Source of the DNA: Vezdaea acicularis
Taxonomy: Eukaryota
Assembly (NCBI GenBank): GCA_026025075.1
Contig: JAPEUI010000065.1
Coordinates: 62,001-99,070 of the forward strand
DNA: 37,070 nt
Reading direction: 5' to 3'
Positions 1 to 11,727 of this stretch are shown in pieces. The position numbers and the translations under genes were made by a program. Below the pieces are notes generated by a model that did no database searches, was not told where the DNA came from, and was given only the letters and a program-made list of their open reading frames with translations. The first letter of the stretch is position 1; every line of letters begins with the position of its first letter.

Positions 1-522
1 GACTTCGACTTGCAAGGGCGACTTTCGTCCCAAGCCCGACTCCTCTGTGGCCGATGCGTACGAGCTCAAGCTCTTCTCGTCTCCCTCCTCAATCAGCAGC
101 CTCTCGCCTTCGCCTCGAGGTCGGAGAGATATGCGTTTTGTGTACGAAGGCTTCCTATCTGTGCCCGTCTCGGTGATTCGAATATGATCGTTCCCTATCT
201 TCTTCGCCGCAGAAGGCGTGACCTTGACTCGCACACTGGGCTTTGTCCTGACTTTCCCACCCTCGAAGTATTCAATCAACCACGAAGTATTCGAGCCAGA
301 CTTCGAGCTGCTGCTCCGAGTATCTCTGTCGCGTTTGCGACGAACGGGAAGAGTAACGTCTTCGCCCTCAGGGAGTGAGTATGATGTCTTATCGGTTCTC
401 GTCGACAGATCAGTCGCAAGATCAGTTTCGGCAGCGCCTTCGTCGTTGACAGAGCTTAATGTGGAGGGTTCGGTCGGTGGAGGCAACGGTGGTGCTTTGC
501 GACTGGGACCCTCAACTCCCAT
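1..522 (-). CDS. 5' part of a conserved fungal hypothetical protein (continues beyond the left edge of the window)
   Basis: ATG at 522 opens a stop-free frame to base 1: MGVEGPSRKAPPLPPPTEPST...SNTSWLIEYFEGGKVRTKPSVRVKVTPS...RKPSYTKRISL. It is absent from the ORF track because it has no stop inside the window. The LIEYFEGGK/PSVRVKVTPS block resembles large uncharacterised Pezizomycotina proteins (from recall, not searched). Confidence 0.7.
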   Translation of the reverse strand, partial: MGVEGPSRKAPPLPPPTEPSTLSSVNDEGAAETDLATDLSTRTDKTSYSLPEGEDVTLPVRRKRDRDTRSSSSKSGSNTSWLIEYFEGGKVRTKPSVRVKVTPSAAKKIGNDHIRITETGTDRKPSYTKRISLRPRGEGERLLIEEGDEKSLSSYASATEESGLGRKSPLQVEV

Positions 523-2827
523 CGTGAGGATCTCTCAGTAAAGTGGACAGTCCTGTCGATCGAGAGAGAAAGATCTCTCAAGATATCGGGCTGCCCCAGC
601 TGCCGCTAAGCCTCAATGCGAGCCTTACGCGTCGATGCCCGCAAGGGTGTTTTTTTTGTGTTGAAGTTGAAATGTTCGGGGCCGGCAAGACTCCCCTAGT
701 CGAGAAGGCTAGGTAAGAGACAGGTTCGCTTGATTCTCTCTTCTCAAGTCGTTGTGTTGTCAGTGGCGGGAGAGCTGAAACCGGTAACGCAAGCAGATAG
801 TCGAGGGGAAGTCATCGGCGGAAAGCGGAAGGACGATCAAGACGCAAGAATTGTTATCGATCGCCAAAAGAGCTTGTGAAAGTCGCCGGCTGAGGGGAGT
901 GGTTGGATCATGTACGTGGCCGTCGCAGCGAGCTTGTTTTCTCCGTTCGGCTGTCGCTAAAAGTACGGAGAGGATCTAAAGTCGAGTGAAGGGTATCCCT
1001 GCGACAACGACCATGATACCTCAGGTTGTATAATTCCTATCGGCTCCGCAGTATGGCGTATGTGAAAACAGAGTTCAGCGATCTAATTGCGGACCCCAAG
1101 AGATGGCTGGAAGACACGGGGGTGACGCAAGAGCCCATCTGCGAACAGTGCACCGTCTCAGCTTCCGGGGCGGGGAGGGGAATGAGGGTTGGGAGAGAAA
1201 GAGAAAAAAAGGAGTCCAGCAATTCGAAGAAAATCACCGGAGAATTACAATTGTTAAGGTCAGAATTACGGTCAAGGCCGGGCGAGAGATAGAGAGAGAA
1301 CGAAAAGCGTCGGTTTGAAGGGCAAACAGACAACAACAAACGGCTTGCCGCCAGAGCCCATCATCCATCCGCCGGTCATCCACCTGCCCCAGTGGAAGCC
1401 CAGAAGTCACCGACTGCAAGCAGCGGCATAAGCGGCGAGCCCACCGTTTCGAGGCTCTGAGCCAGTGAGGATCACCACTTGGCCGCCCACACTAGACAGC
1501 GCATCTCCGCGCCGGGCTGGCGACCAACCGCGACCGCGCGCGGGCCGACCGCTCGAAAGCCAAAAAAGGCCCGCCCCGGAAACCCCGTCGCGGAGCGTTC
1601 TCAGCGCAGTCCGTCCGCGACCATCAATTGGCCTGTAACAAGCTCTGGGCGTTCTTGCGACGACGGGTTCGACCTTGCGTCACGCAAAAGTCCGATCAGC
1701 ACGGCGGGGCAGCTGCCGATAAAACATGTCACTTCTGCCTCCTCTGCGTGGGGCAAGGCAGGGTCACCTTCTCCTGCGTGCTGCGTCTTGATGATTGGCG
1801 CGAGTGAGGTCGAGGGGGGCAGGTCGCACAGCCTTGAAGGATCGGACTGATATAATCTTTTTTTTCAGCTGTGGGAACCTGCCATCAAAGCCGCGCCTTA
1901 TGCTCGATCTACAGCCCCCGCTTGCACTGTGAGAAAACAGCATAACACCTGCCTCTACTAATCCTGTCCATACAACCACCTCTCAATATGACCTGATCCT
2001 AAATCGAGGAAGGAGCACCAGGTAGGAAAATCGTTTCCACCATCGCCCAATCAGATGCGGCGAAAGACAGCGAATTTTCCTTAAGCGAGGGGGAAAAGGA
2101 GAATTGTTTCCACAGCAACATCGCAACAGCTAATGCGCGAATTGTGGCCGCTCTCTTTTTCCTGCAGTAGCTCTGCATTAACACTCTTTTTTTTTTCAAC
2201 GGGGCCGATGGATATAGGAAGTGGTGCGTGGTGATGCTCTTTTCAAGCCGGCGTTGCTGCGTTCTGGGTATGTTTTGTTGCTGGTTAATTTTTGTGGGGG
2301 GTGCGAGAGGCATCTGCGTCAAAACCTCCCATCAAACCGAAAGAGAAAACCCTTCTTTAAACGGATTTAAACATAGCAAGCATTTCGCTGCCCGATGAAA
2401 GCGAATATGTGACGGATAGTCGATGAGAGAAGCAAGCAAAAAGAAAAGGAATTGGCTTGATTCAGGCTCCTTCAACCGGTGCTCCGTGTTGCTCTGCCGT
2501 AGTGTAAACGGGCACCGCCTTCAAGACATGTGAAGACCCTTACGTGCACATCCACGTCGGAATGAAGGACTGAAGAAGATCGCCTTTATCACGCATCGTA
2601 GTGTTCATATAGTGCTTACATTATCTACATGCACATATTGTGCAATCCCCTAGCACGTGGTCCCGTTCTTGAGCAGTCCATCATGCAGGGAAAAGCCCCA
2701 GGTATCGACAATGGCATTAACTCTGTTATGCACTGCAGCAACAGACGCGCACGCTTCGTGCTCTTCAGAGGTTCTGTAAACCAGCCAATCCAGACTCCAA
2801 ACAGTTGCGAGTAATGCTATCGACACA

Positions 2828-4576
2828 TCATGTCCTACGCTTAAAGCCTTTGCCCTGCCTCGGCTGGCTGCCATACGCCCTCCTGCCTTCCTTTTTCTTG
2901 TCCCTGCTCATGCTAGCCCCGAGAGTTATGTCTACCCGCGGTGGAGCTTGAAAGCCAAAGCTCTTCGCGACCTTAACGAGGTCTAGCTTGTGCACATCGA
3001 AGATCGAGCGTAAGCTATGCGACGCGTATGCTTGGAGATACGAACGGTAGCCATCTTTGGCGGACTGATAGGATCGAGATATTAGCGTACGCAAGGCATG
3101 ACCAATTTCGAGCGATTTGAGAAATACCTTATTCAAATAATAGTTCTGACCTATCAGCTTCTCTAGCTGTGATTGCACATTCACGATACGTTTTGCCGGG
3201 AACTCGAATTCTACCACCGGGACTCGGGCTTCTTTCAGATGTTTTAGGAAACCGACCTCAGAGGGTTGTAGGAACATCAAGCTTCGACCCTTACCATTCG
3301 AGCCACGTGCCGTGCGCCCGACACGATGTATGTAGTCTCGCGGGTCATCAGGAGGATCAAATTGGACGATCCAGTCCACGGCCGGAATGTCCAGCCCACG
3401 AGCAGCGACGTCGGTGCATATCAGCGTTCCTTGTTTGGCGTTGCAGAACTCGAAGAACGTGTTTGTACGCTTCTGCTGCTTTTGCTTCCCGTGAAGATCA
3501 AGGACGGGAAGATCAATGTAGTTGAGAAGCTCGGCATGGTACTTGACGCAATTGCAGCTTGAAAAGAAGACGATGATCTTTTTCTTGAGGTTGCGCTTCA
3601 AGAAGGAGAAAAGGAGGAGGAATCGCTTGTCCGAATCGCAGATCACGTAGCCTTGCTCGAGGCCTTCCACCGTGCTATGCTCTTTCTGATGATCGACGTT
3701 GATATAGAGAGGGCCAGGCCGGAGAGATATCCGAGCCAAGTCTTCGACTTTTGTAGTCTGCGTGGCGGAGAACAACATGGTCTGTCGATCCTCATTGGGG
3801 AGGATCTTAACAACCTGCCTCATCTCGTCTTCGAACCCAATCTCTAATATCCTGTCGGCCTCGTCGATGACCAAAGCCTTCAGATTTTTGAATACGAAGC
3901 CCTGTGTATTTTGCAAGTGGTCCAAGAGACGACCGGGTGTGGCGATGAGTAGATTGACTCCCTTCGCCAGCTTTTCCGCCTCTGCCCGACGGTTGGCTCC
4001 ACCAATAACTATGCCGTACGTTTGAGAGTGATGGGCCATGAGTTCCCGAGCGACGCCAAAGATCTGCAGGGCAAGTTCTCGAGTCGGGGAAACGACGATG
4101 ACTCCCGTACCTGCTCAGAGTCAGCTACATCGTCAGCCCACCAGAGTTAGGATCAGCTCACCGTTCCTCGGCTTGAACCTCAAGCTACTCAGCATCTCGA
4201 CAGCCGGTATCAGAAATGCCAGAGTCTTTCCAGATCCAGTCTTCGCCGCCCCGAGGACGTCCTTCCCCGCTAGAAGAGGAGGTATCCCCCGCTGCTGTAT
4301 TTCCGTCATCGTCTCGAACTTCATGTCCTCAATGGCTTGCATTGTCTTGGGCGAGAGGTTCAGCTCGGAGAACCTCTGAGGGTCTGCGTCGGATGACGGT
4401 AGAGTGGGACCCAATCTTGTGGGGACATCTACGTCCATGTCTCGTTTCTCTTCCTGCTGCGCTTCGGCCGACGATGCAGGGCTGGCGGCTCTCTTTGCGG
4501 GTATGCCTGCTTCATCATCATCATCATCCTCCTTGTTTCTCTTCCGCTTCTTTGAGACTTTATCTGCCGACGCCAT
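2828..4576 (-). CDS. HAS1: ATP-dependent DEAD-box RNA helicase HAS1 (DDX18 orthologue, ribosome biogenesis); introns 4111-4161 and 3065-3127
   Basis: Q-motif (FETMTEIQ), motif [30 protein letters not shown] and HRVGRTARG. The C-terminus [29 protein letters not shown] is HAS1-specific. GT-AG introns join the two ORFs in frame. Confidence 0.96.
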
Positions 4577-4668
4577 TGCGTTGTTGCTCTTACGATATAT
4601 TTTGCCTTAGAACCACGCCCAGCGAAAATGTATCGGCTAAGAAACTTCGTGGTGGGAGATATCTCGAG

Positions 4669-4747
4669 GTCACGTGCTTGCAACCTTTTTTCCGACCCTT
4701 TCCATCTTCGCATGGACGGTGCAGGCCATTGACCGTGCCTGCACGTG
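4669..4747. promoter_or_regulatory. Two bHLH E-boxes (GTCACGTG 4669-4676, CACGTG 4742-4747) in the HAS1 promoter
   Basis: Exact Cbf1-type motifs about 95 and 170 bp upstream of the HAS1 ATG. Function is inferred only. Confidence 0.35.
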
Positions 4748-5950
4748 GGATTGAATTTGGACACTAAGAACGCAATTTATGTCTCATAACACAGGGCTGT
4801 TTTGCAAACTACACGTTATGCCAAATTGGGCCTTGGACATCATCACAATGACAGTCCAGGCACTGCGACTGATCTCGGAGCGTCCTCCGAAATGGAGTCG
4901 AGCAGAGAGCAGAGTGCAGAAGGTGTCAGGTGACGCTGAGAGAAGCGCATAAGCGCCGACGTCATCTGATACGATCGCGCTGGCCGGGGGGTGGCACACT
5001 CCTGCCTCTATCGGTCGTTCATGCCAGTTGCAGCAAGACGAGCAGGCACACAGGAACGATAGGCGCGACGGGGGCTCGTCGCCCATTCTTCGCTGCGAAA
5101 CGCATCAACCGCGCCGTTGCAGATCCGCCTCATCTTCGTCCATTCGGTGCCAGTCGTTGCCCATCTTCATCCCAAGTCGCATTTCAGCAGAATTCCGGCC
5201 AAGCCTGAGGGGACGCGTAATCGACAGCCGAATTGGAATCTTTCGTAGAGATCCCTGGGAGCCGGCGTAGACGGCCGGGCCGGGGTACAGGAGCCAGTGG
5301 GTAGGACTCGGTAGAGGTGGGCGCAGCCAGGGGCTCCTTTTCCCTTTTCTCGCTCCGTCGCCAGCGCGCCCGGCTGTCGTGCTGCTGCCGCTGCCGGCTC
5401 GCCTTTGGCCCTGCCCTCCTCAATCTCCTGTCCCCTGCCGCCTCCACCTCTCCCTTCCTTCACCACCATCGTTCGTCCACCGCATCGACAAAGCGCGATA
5501 TCTGTGATCCGCCGTGGTCGCCGACTCTGCGACGTCTTTCTTTCCCTTCCTCTTCTCACGAGTGAACTCGTCGTCACCGTGAAAAGTTGCAAGGCACACG
5601 ATCGCTATTTGACAGCCGCCAGTTTCCTATCGCCCCTCGCTAGCCCTGACGCTCTTTCCCAGTTTTTCTCTACTCGTCACCCCGTCAACCCTCCACTCGC
5701 TCTCCACGACTTCACTTCGGCCTCTGCTTCACTCCACCTTCTATCTTCAAGCCACAACCGTCGGATCGATCTCACAAGGCTTGCAGTGTGCAATACGACC
5801 GCTCTTGGATGAGTACGCGTCGATAATTGCGCTGCATTGTGGTGCCGGTGACTGCCGCTCGGTCGGAAGTACCTGGGACACCTCTGCAACCACTCCTCAA
5901 CCTTTCTCGTCAACCGCGCGACGGCGCGACTTTACACATCCACAGCCAAG

Positions 5951-8345
5951 ATGCGTCCGTCGTTATCATCTTCGCCATTTCACCTGGCCCTCGCCGCCCT
6001 CTGTACCCTTCTACCTCTCACAAATGCACTCCGATTGATACAGTCCGAGTCACTTAATCCTTGTCAGGACAATTCGAGTTTCACAGCAACGCTCTTCAAC
6101 GTCGTCTTCACCCCCGATAATCAATCGTTAGCCTTTGACGTGGTCGGCGTATCATCAATCCAAGGCAATGTGACGATACAGTTGGAGGTCATCGCATATG
6201 GATATACTGCATTGACCAAGGAGATCGATCCTTGCACATCAGGACTTCAGGGTCTTTGCCCGATGAGCACCGGCCAAATCGATTTGAACTCCAACATTCA
6301 GCTGTCCAAAGATGTTGTCAGCAGGATCCCCGGGATTGCTTATGGCATCCCTGACCTGGATGGGCTTGTACGGATCAAGTTCAACCAATCCTCCTCACCC
6401 GTCACCGTTGCTTGTGTGGAGGCTCAGCTTTCCAATGGGAAGACTGTCGACCAGAAAGGTGTAGGATGGGGTACAGCTGTGATTGCTGGACTTGCTTTAC
6501 TTGCATCTGCAGTTACCTCTGGTCTGGGACATTCGAACACTGCTGCACATGTCGCCGCGAACGCTCTATCGCTCTTTGGATACTTCCAAGCTCAAGCTAT
6601 GATTGGGCTGACTGCCGTCACTCTCCCACCAATTGTGCAATCCTGGACCCAAAACTTCCAATGGTCTATGGGAATCATCCATATTAGCTTCTTGCAAGCC
6701 ATCATGACCTGGTTTCAAAGATCTACTGGTGGGACACCGGCGACTCTTCTCAGCGAGCTCAGCAAGACATCTGTAGAGGTTCAGAAGCGATCATTGGACG
6801 TTACTCACAAACTCTTCATGAGGGCATACCACGAGATGGTCAAGCGGTCCAATCAGGACAGCCAAAACAACGAGCCATCCAAGGTAGTCATCGTGAAGGG
6901 TATTGACCGGGTGGCTTTCCGTGCCAGAATCGAATCGACCAATGTCTTCATGACTGGTCTAACGTTCTTCATCCTCTTCGCCATTTTCGTCGCCATAGGA
7001 GTCGCTGCTTTCAAGGGATTCTGTGAAGTGGCAGCAAAGAACGGATGGATGAAGGGTGATAAGTTCCAAGACTTCCGAAACGGTTGGTTGACAGTCCTGA
7101 AAGGCATCATGTACCGCTTGGTATTTATTGGATCTCTTCTACAGTGAATTTGATTGCTGACAGTAACATAGGTCCTCATTGGATACCCGCAAATGTGCAT
7201 TCTTTGCCTATGGGAACTCACTCAAGTTGACTCGGCTGCCGAGGTGGTCCTGGCCATCTTCTTCTTCTTGTCCATGTCAGCCACATTGGCATGGGCATCC
7301 TTGAAGGTGATAAGAATAGCCAAACGATCCGTTGAAATGCACAAGAACCCGGGCTACACCCTTTACTCGGACCCAGAATGCCTTAATAAATGGGGTTTCT
7401 TGTACGTCCAATTCAGAGCGACTGCATACTATTTCATCCTGCCCTATCTACTCTACATCCTGGTGAAGGGCATGTTTATTGCTTTCGGCCAGAAGAATGG
7501 TGTTGTCCAGGCTATTGCTCTTCTCTTGGTAGAAGCTGGTGCCCTCATTGGCATCAGCATTCTGCGTCCGTGGATGGACAGACGAGTTAACACCTTCAAC
7601 ATCTCGATCGGCGCCATCAACTTCGTTAATGTCATTTTCCTCCTTATCTTCACATCAGTATTCAACCAGCCTGTGAGTACACGCTCAGAACCACGGCTTG
7701 AGGAAATAAAACTAATTGAAACAGGGTATTGTGAATGGTGTCTTGGGTGTGGTCTTCTTCATCATGAACGCCGTGTTCGCCTTGGTTCTACTTATTCTTG
7801 TTCTCATCTCCTCCTTCTACGCCCTTGCCTCCAAAAACCCCGACACTCGCTATCAACCAATGCGCGATGATCGTGCATCTTTCATCAAGTCACAGACTCA
7901 GCTCAACACGGAGCTCGACGCCCTTGGTGCCACTGCTCGCGGTGACTCAAAAGGCCCTTACAAGAACCGCATCGACGGTGATGATGACGACTCCTTCTCG
8001 TCAGACTCCCTAAGCCGGCAGCAAGAGCACGCTGCTGGCCAACCCCTTCCTCCTTCGGGAGCACCATCAGGCGCTCCCTCCATGCGAGGGGCACCGCACT
8101 CACCTGTCAGCCCTTCGATGCCCATGATGCCAAGTGACGCCGGCCGGCACACCCCGCAAGGCATGTACTCAAATTACAACGACAGCAGCCGACCCGGCAG
8201 CGACCTCCCCCTCCTTGCACCACGATCGAATACTGCCAGCCCGCGTCCATACGCGCGGAACGACAGAGGAGGCAGCTCGGGGAGTGGATACCGCGCACAG
8301 AACAATTCGAGTCCGTGGCAGCGAGGTGTTGGGTTCGACCATTAG
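5951..8345 (+). CDS. FLC-family (flavin carrier / TRP-like, spray-like) ER membrane channel; introns 7121-7171 and 7673-7724
   Basis: Signal peptide, then an N-terminal ML-like domain (CVEAQLSNGKTV) and FLC motifs (LFGYFQAQAMIGL, LPPIVQSWTQNFQWSMGII, WGFLYVQFRA, NPDTRYQPMRDDRASFIKS). Multiple TM helices and a Pro/Ser-rich tail ending SPWQRGVGFDH. Both introns restore the frame. Confidence 0.92.
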
Positions 8346-9057
8346 TAAACGAAGCACATAGCGCATACCGGTGTTCAATGACATATATGGGGAGCCTCTT
8401 TGAAGCTCGTTTGCATGGGGTGCTTTTCAGCTCCGCTCACGTACTTTTGGTTGCGCTTTTCTAGAAGTATTGGGCGGTTGATGGGGGAAACTGCGGTGGC
8501 GGTGGTGTCGTGTTCTTGTCCATACTTCAACGCTCTCCTTTGAGACTGGCTTAGCTCAGCTCAGCTCGGTTCGGCGATTCTTTCCTGTTGCTCGTTGGCT
8601 AGGGCGGTTGCATTGTACATGCGCGTGCGGGATTTACCTATTTATTAAGCGGCGGAGGAGAGAATAGCTTTACGACTCTTGCGAAAAACGCAGAGTTGGG
8701 GGGTTGGGGGGGGAAGAGAGAATAGAGGACATTGGCGGAACGGCGGAGAGAAAGACCGGCGAGTACGCCGTTACGGCCACACCACTTGCATCTTAACAGA
8801 CTCTGGTCGCCGCAGATCCATATGCTCGGCGTCAAATAGTAATGTCTTTAGAACCGAATCACTCATATTGCAATTGTGCTACCACTGTGATTGCGTGTGT
8901 ATCTAGAAATATCTCCCATCTTTTTTGCGTTTCCGGACCTATCCCACATCCTCTGCATATCCTAGACTGTAAATCTGCCATCATCCAAAATATCCCTAAC
9001 ACACATAACTAACAAAATCACACCACCCTGCTCTCCCCATACAAAAAGCACTTGGAA

Positions 9058-10500
9058 CTATTCAGTGGCCACCGGCGGCGGGGCCAAATTCTGCACCAAC
9101 TCCTTGCGCTGCACGGCGCCGAACCGGCTATTGCCCTGATCGAAGATGGCATAGATGCCCTTGAGAAAGGTGTCGCCGAGGATATCCATGGACATATCGC
9201 CGCGACTCTGGATGCCGCCGTAGAGCATACCATTGCCGGCGTCCGCGAAGCCGAGGTCTTCCTTCTGGACAGCGAAGAGGTTGTTGCCGACAGCGAAGGC
9301 GACGGTAGGGAGATCCGCCTCGGGGGTGTTGGCGGGGAAGAGGTAGCCCTGGGAGGGAGCGTCATAGGTGGCGCCGGGGATGGCGGCGTAGATGGCTTTA
9401 CAGGTTACGTCGTCGACGAGGGCGAGGGTGGTGCCGGTGTCTGCGATGGCGGTGTTGTTGGGGCGGCGGAGAGGCTTGCCGTTGATGGAGGCGGAGGTGC
9501 TGGGGAATTGCCAGAAGCCTTGGGAGGAGTCGACGGGGGTGTAGGCGATGGAGGAGCCGGAGGCGGCGATGGTCGGCTGGTCGATGAAGCCGAAGGTGTA
9601 GAAGCTTTCGCCCTTGTCGGCCTCGGCAGTGTCGCGCCAGCTGCCGAGTTTGGCGGTGAAGAGCTCGGCGCTGGAGGGGATGTCGGATTGCGAGATCATG
9701 TTCTCGACGGGGGTTTGTGCTGGGGTGGGCTGGACGGTGTTGATGTTGCCGAAGGCGAGTCCGAGCAAGCCGTCCCCTGAGCCGGACTGGAATTCTGTTG
9801 ATAGGGTGGATGCAAGCTCGATGGTCTGGTTTTCGATCTTGAGTCCGCCGATGCTGACGAGGTCGGTGCCGACGCTGCCGCTGGCGGAGGATTGGTCCCC
9901 GTAGGAGATCTTCCAGGTGGAGCCTGGTGTCTTCTTGAAGGTGCTGGATTTGCTTGGGTCGAAGATGTTGTGGGATTTACCAGAGGAACGGACGCTGGCA
10001 GGGAGGGAGGTTGACCAGACCTGTGCAGTATGAGTTAGTCTCAGAAGAATTGACGGCGTACAGGTTGTAGGAAAGACAAAGGGGGAGCTCGTACCCAAAG
10101 ATCAGCGGAACCAGTATCAAAGTCTAGGTCGAAAGTCTGTGGTGGAGTTCCAATCTGCACTTTAGCTAGATATAAGGAATCGTTCTGCTGGTCTTCTGCA
10201 GAGACTTCTCCCGTCTGGCCGGTCGAGGGGTCTTTTTTCTTGAGCACTTGCTGCTGCCTCATCTTGCCGCCAACATTGCTGCCGAATCGACCCTGCTGGT
10301 GGAATTGCGAGCCTACATGATAGGGGCCCTCTTGGGTTGGATTGAAGCCCCCTGGGCAGTGTGAGCACTTGTAGTGGTGTCGGTCATCAAGATAAACAGA
10401 GTGACATACATTTTCGTAGTAGATAGACGTAAGACTTGGTGCCTGACCGCTTGTAGTTGGGATTCGTTGCGATCTTTACGCGGTGGAGGTTGGTAGCCAT
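9058..10500 (-). CDS. Pepsin-like (A1, aspergillopepsin-type) aspartic protease without a signal peptide; introns 10352-10409 and 10021-10094
   Basis: Both catalytic motifs are present ([18 protein letters not shown]), with flap [15 protein letters not shown] and ILGDTFLK. Spliced N-terminus: [41 protein letters not shown]. Confidence 0.93.
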
Positions 10501-11727
10501 GCTGGGCTTTTCCTGGTAGCTAGTAGGGAGTAAATTGCTATTATTTGATGCGTGATTCCGATTCTGTTGAATTGCTTCAACGTCAAACTTGGTTCATGTC
10601 TCTCAACTCAAACCAACTTCATATATACACCATAGCCAGCGCCCGAAAAGCAATATCAACCCCTCCCAGCGGCGGGGTTGAGATTGACCATAGCCCCGTC
10701 GCACTTTCGTCATGGCGTGGCATATGACGATAGCCTAAGGCCGACAGATAGCCTCGAGGACGCCGTTGAAGCTTAGTTGATATCGCGACGAATGAGAGAC
10801 AGTAATCCGAAAATGCGGTTTTATGGCCAGGGAGCTAAGCTCCAAGCTGGAAAGGGAAAAGCCGAGCTGCATTGGGGCGTCGTGTGGCAGCGATTGCCAC
10901 TTCCCGGTATCACTGAAAGATGAACATCACTCGGCTTGCGAAAGCCAACCCCAAGGTGCCCGACTGTGGTGGAAAGCGGACGCTTGTTGGTGGAGGAGGA
11001 CGGCGGTAGCGTCCTCTGGATGCCGAACGATTGGGCGCATGTCAGGAACTGCTCATGCAAGGTGATGCAGGGCTCGGGATCGCCAATGTCGTGGCACCTT
11101 GGATCTCCCTAAACCTCTAGAAGCGTGACGTGCATCTCTAGAGACAGGCCGATGCACTTATCTGTAACGTACTGAGGTGTATGCGGCTTCAAGAAGTGGG
11201 AGATGAGCGCGGACGCTCCGGCGGCTTGAGGAAACTCCCCTCGCCGTATATCAAGACTTGTTTCCTTGCGGTAAGTATAAGTGAACGACTACTGCTACGC
11301 GACTGCAGCAATACCATAACCCTGTCGGTGAATCATTGCGGCTAATGAGATCAAAATTGAGGTCGAAGCAATTTTGAGCTCCATGTCTATCTTTGCATTC
11401 TGAGGTTGCGCCATCCACTACAGCTCCTTTGCATGAGAATTGTCTATGACATTTGCAGCCATGCCCCCTCAGTACTCCACCAGCTCTTGTAGAGGTGAGG
11501 CGCGCTCTTGGAATCATTGGGAAGCCTCGAAAGACAAGAGCAAAACAGAATGAGCGAAGGTTTTCATTGATCGGCGATAGCATAAAATGAGACTTGATAG
11601 TGAAGGGCAAGCACGATATCTATTCCTAATTCTAATATTGACGAAAACAAGGGAATTCCCCCGAGAACGCTCAAATGATGCCTGAGTTGACCTTGTGCCA
11701 AATTCGAGTCGTTCTCCTGCAATTTTA

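Noticed and set aside
1660..1680. GGTTCGA motifs here and at about 17836, 22428 and 33394 as tRNA T-loops
   Set aside because: No acceptor stem, D-arm or anticodon arm could be folded around any of them.
8549..8715. Short (GCTCA)n repeat and G-run between the convergent FLC and protease genes
   Set aside because: Ordinary low-complexity 3' UTR sequence, too short to be informative.
9052..9780. 242-aa plus-strand ORF
   Set aside because: It is the antisense shadow of the GC3-rich aspartic protease exon.
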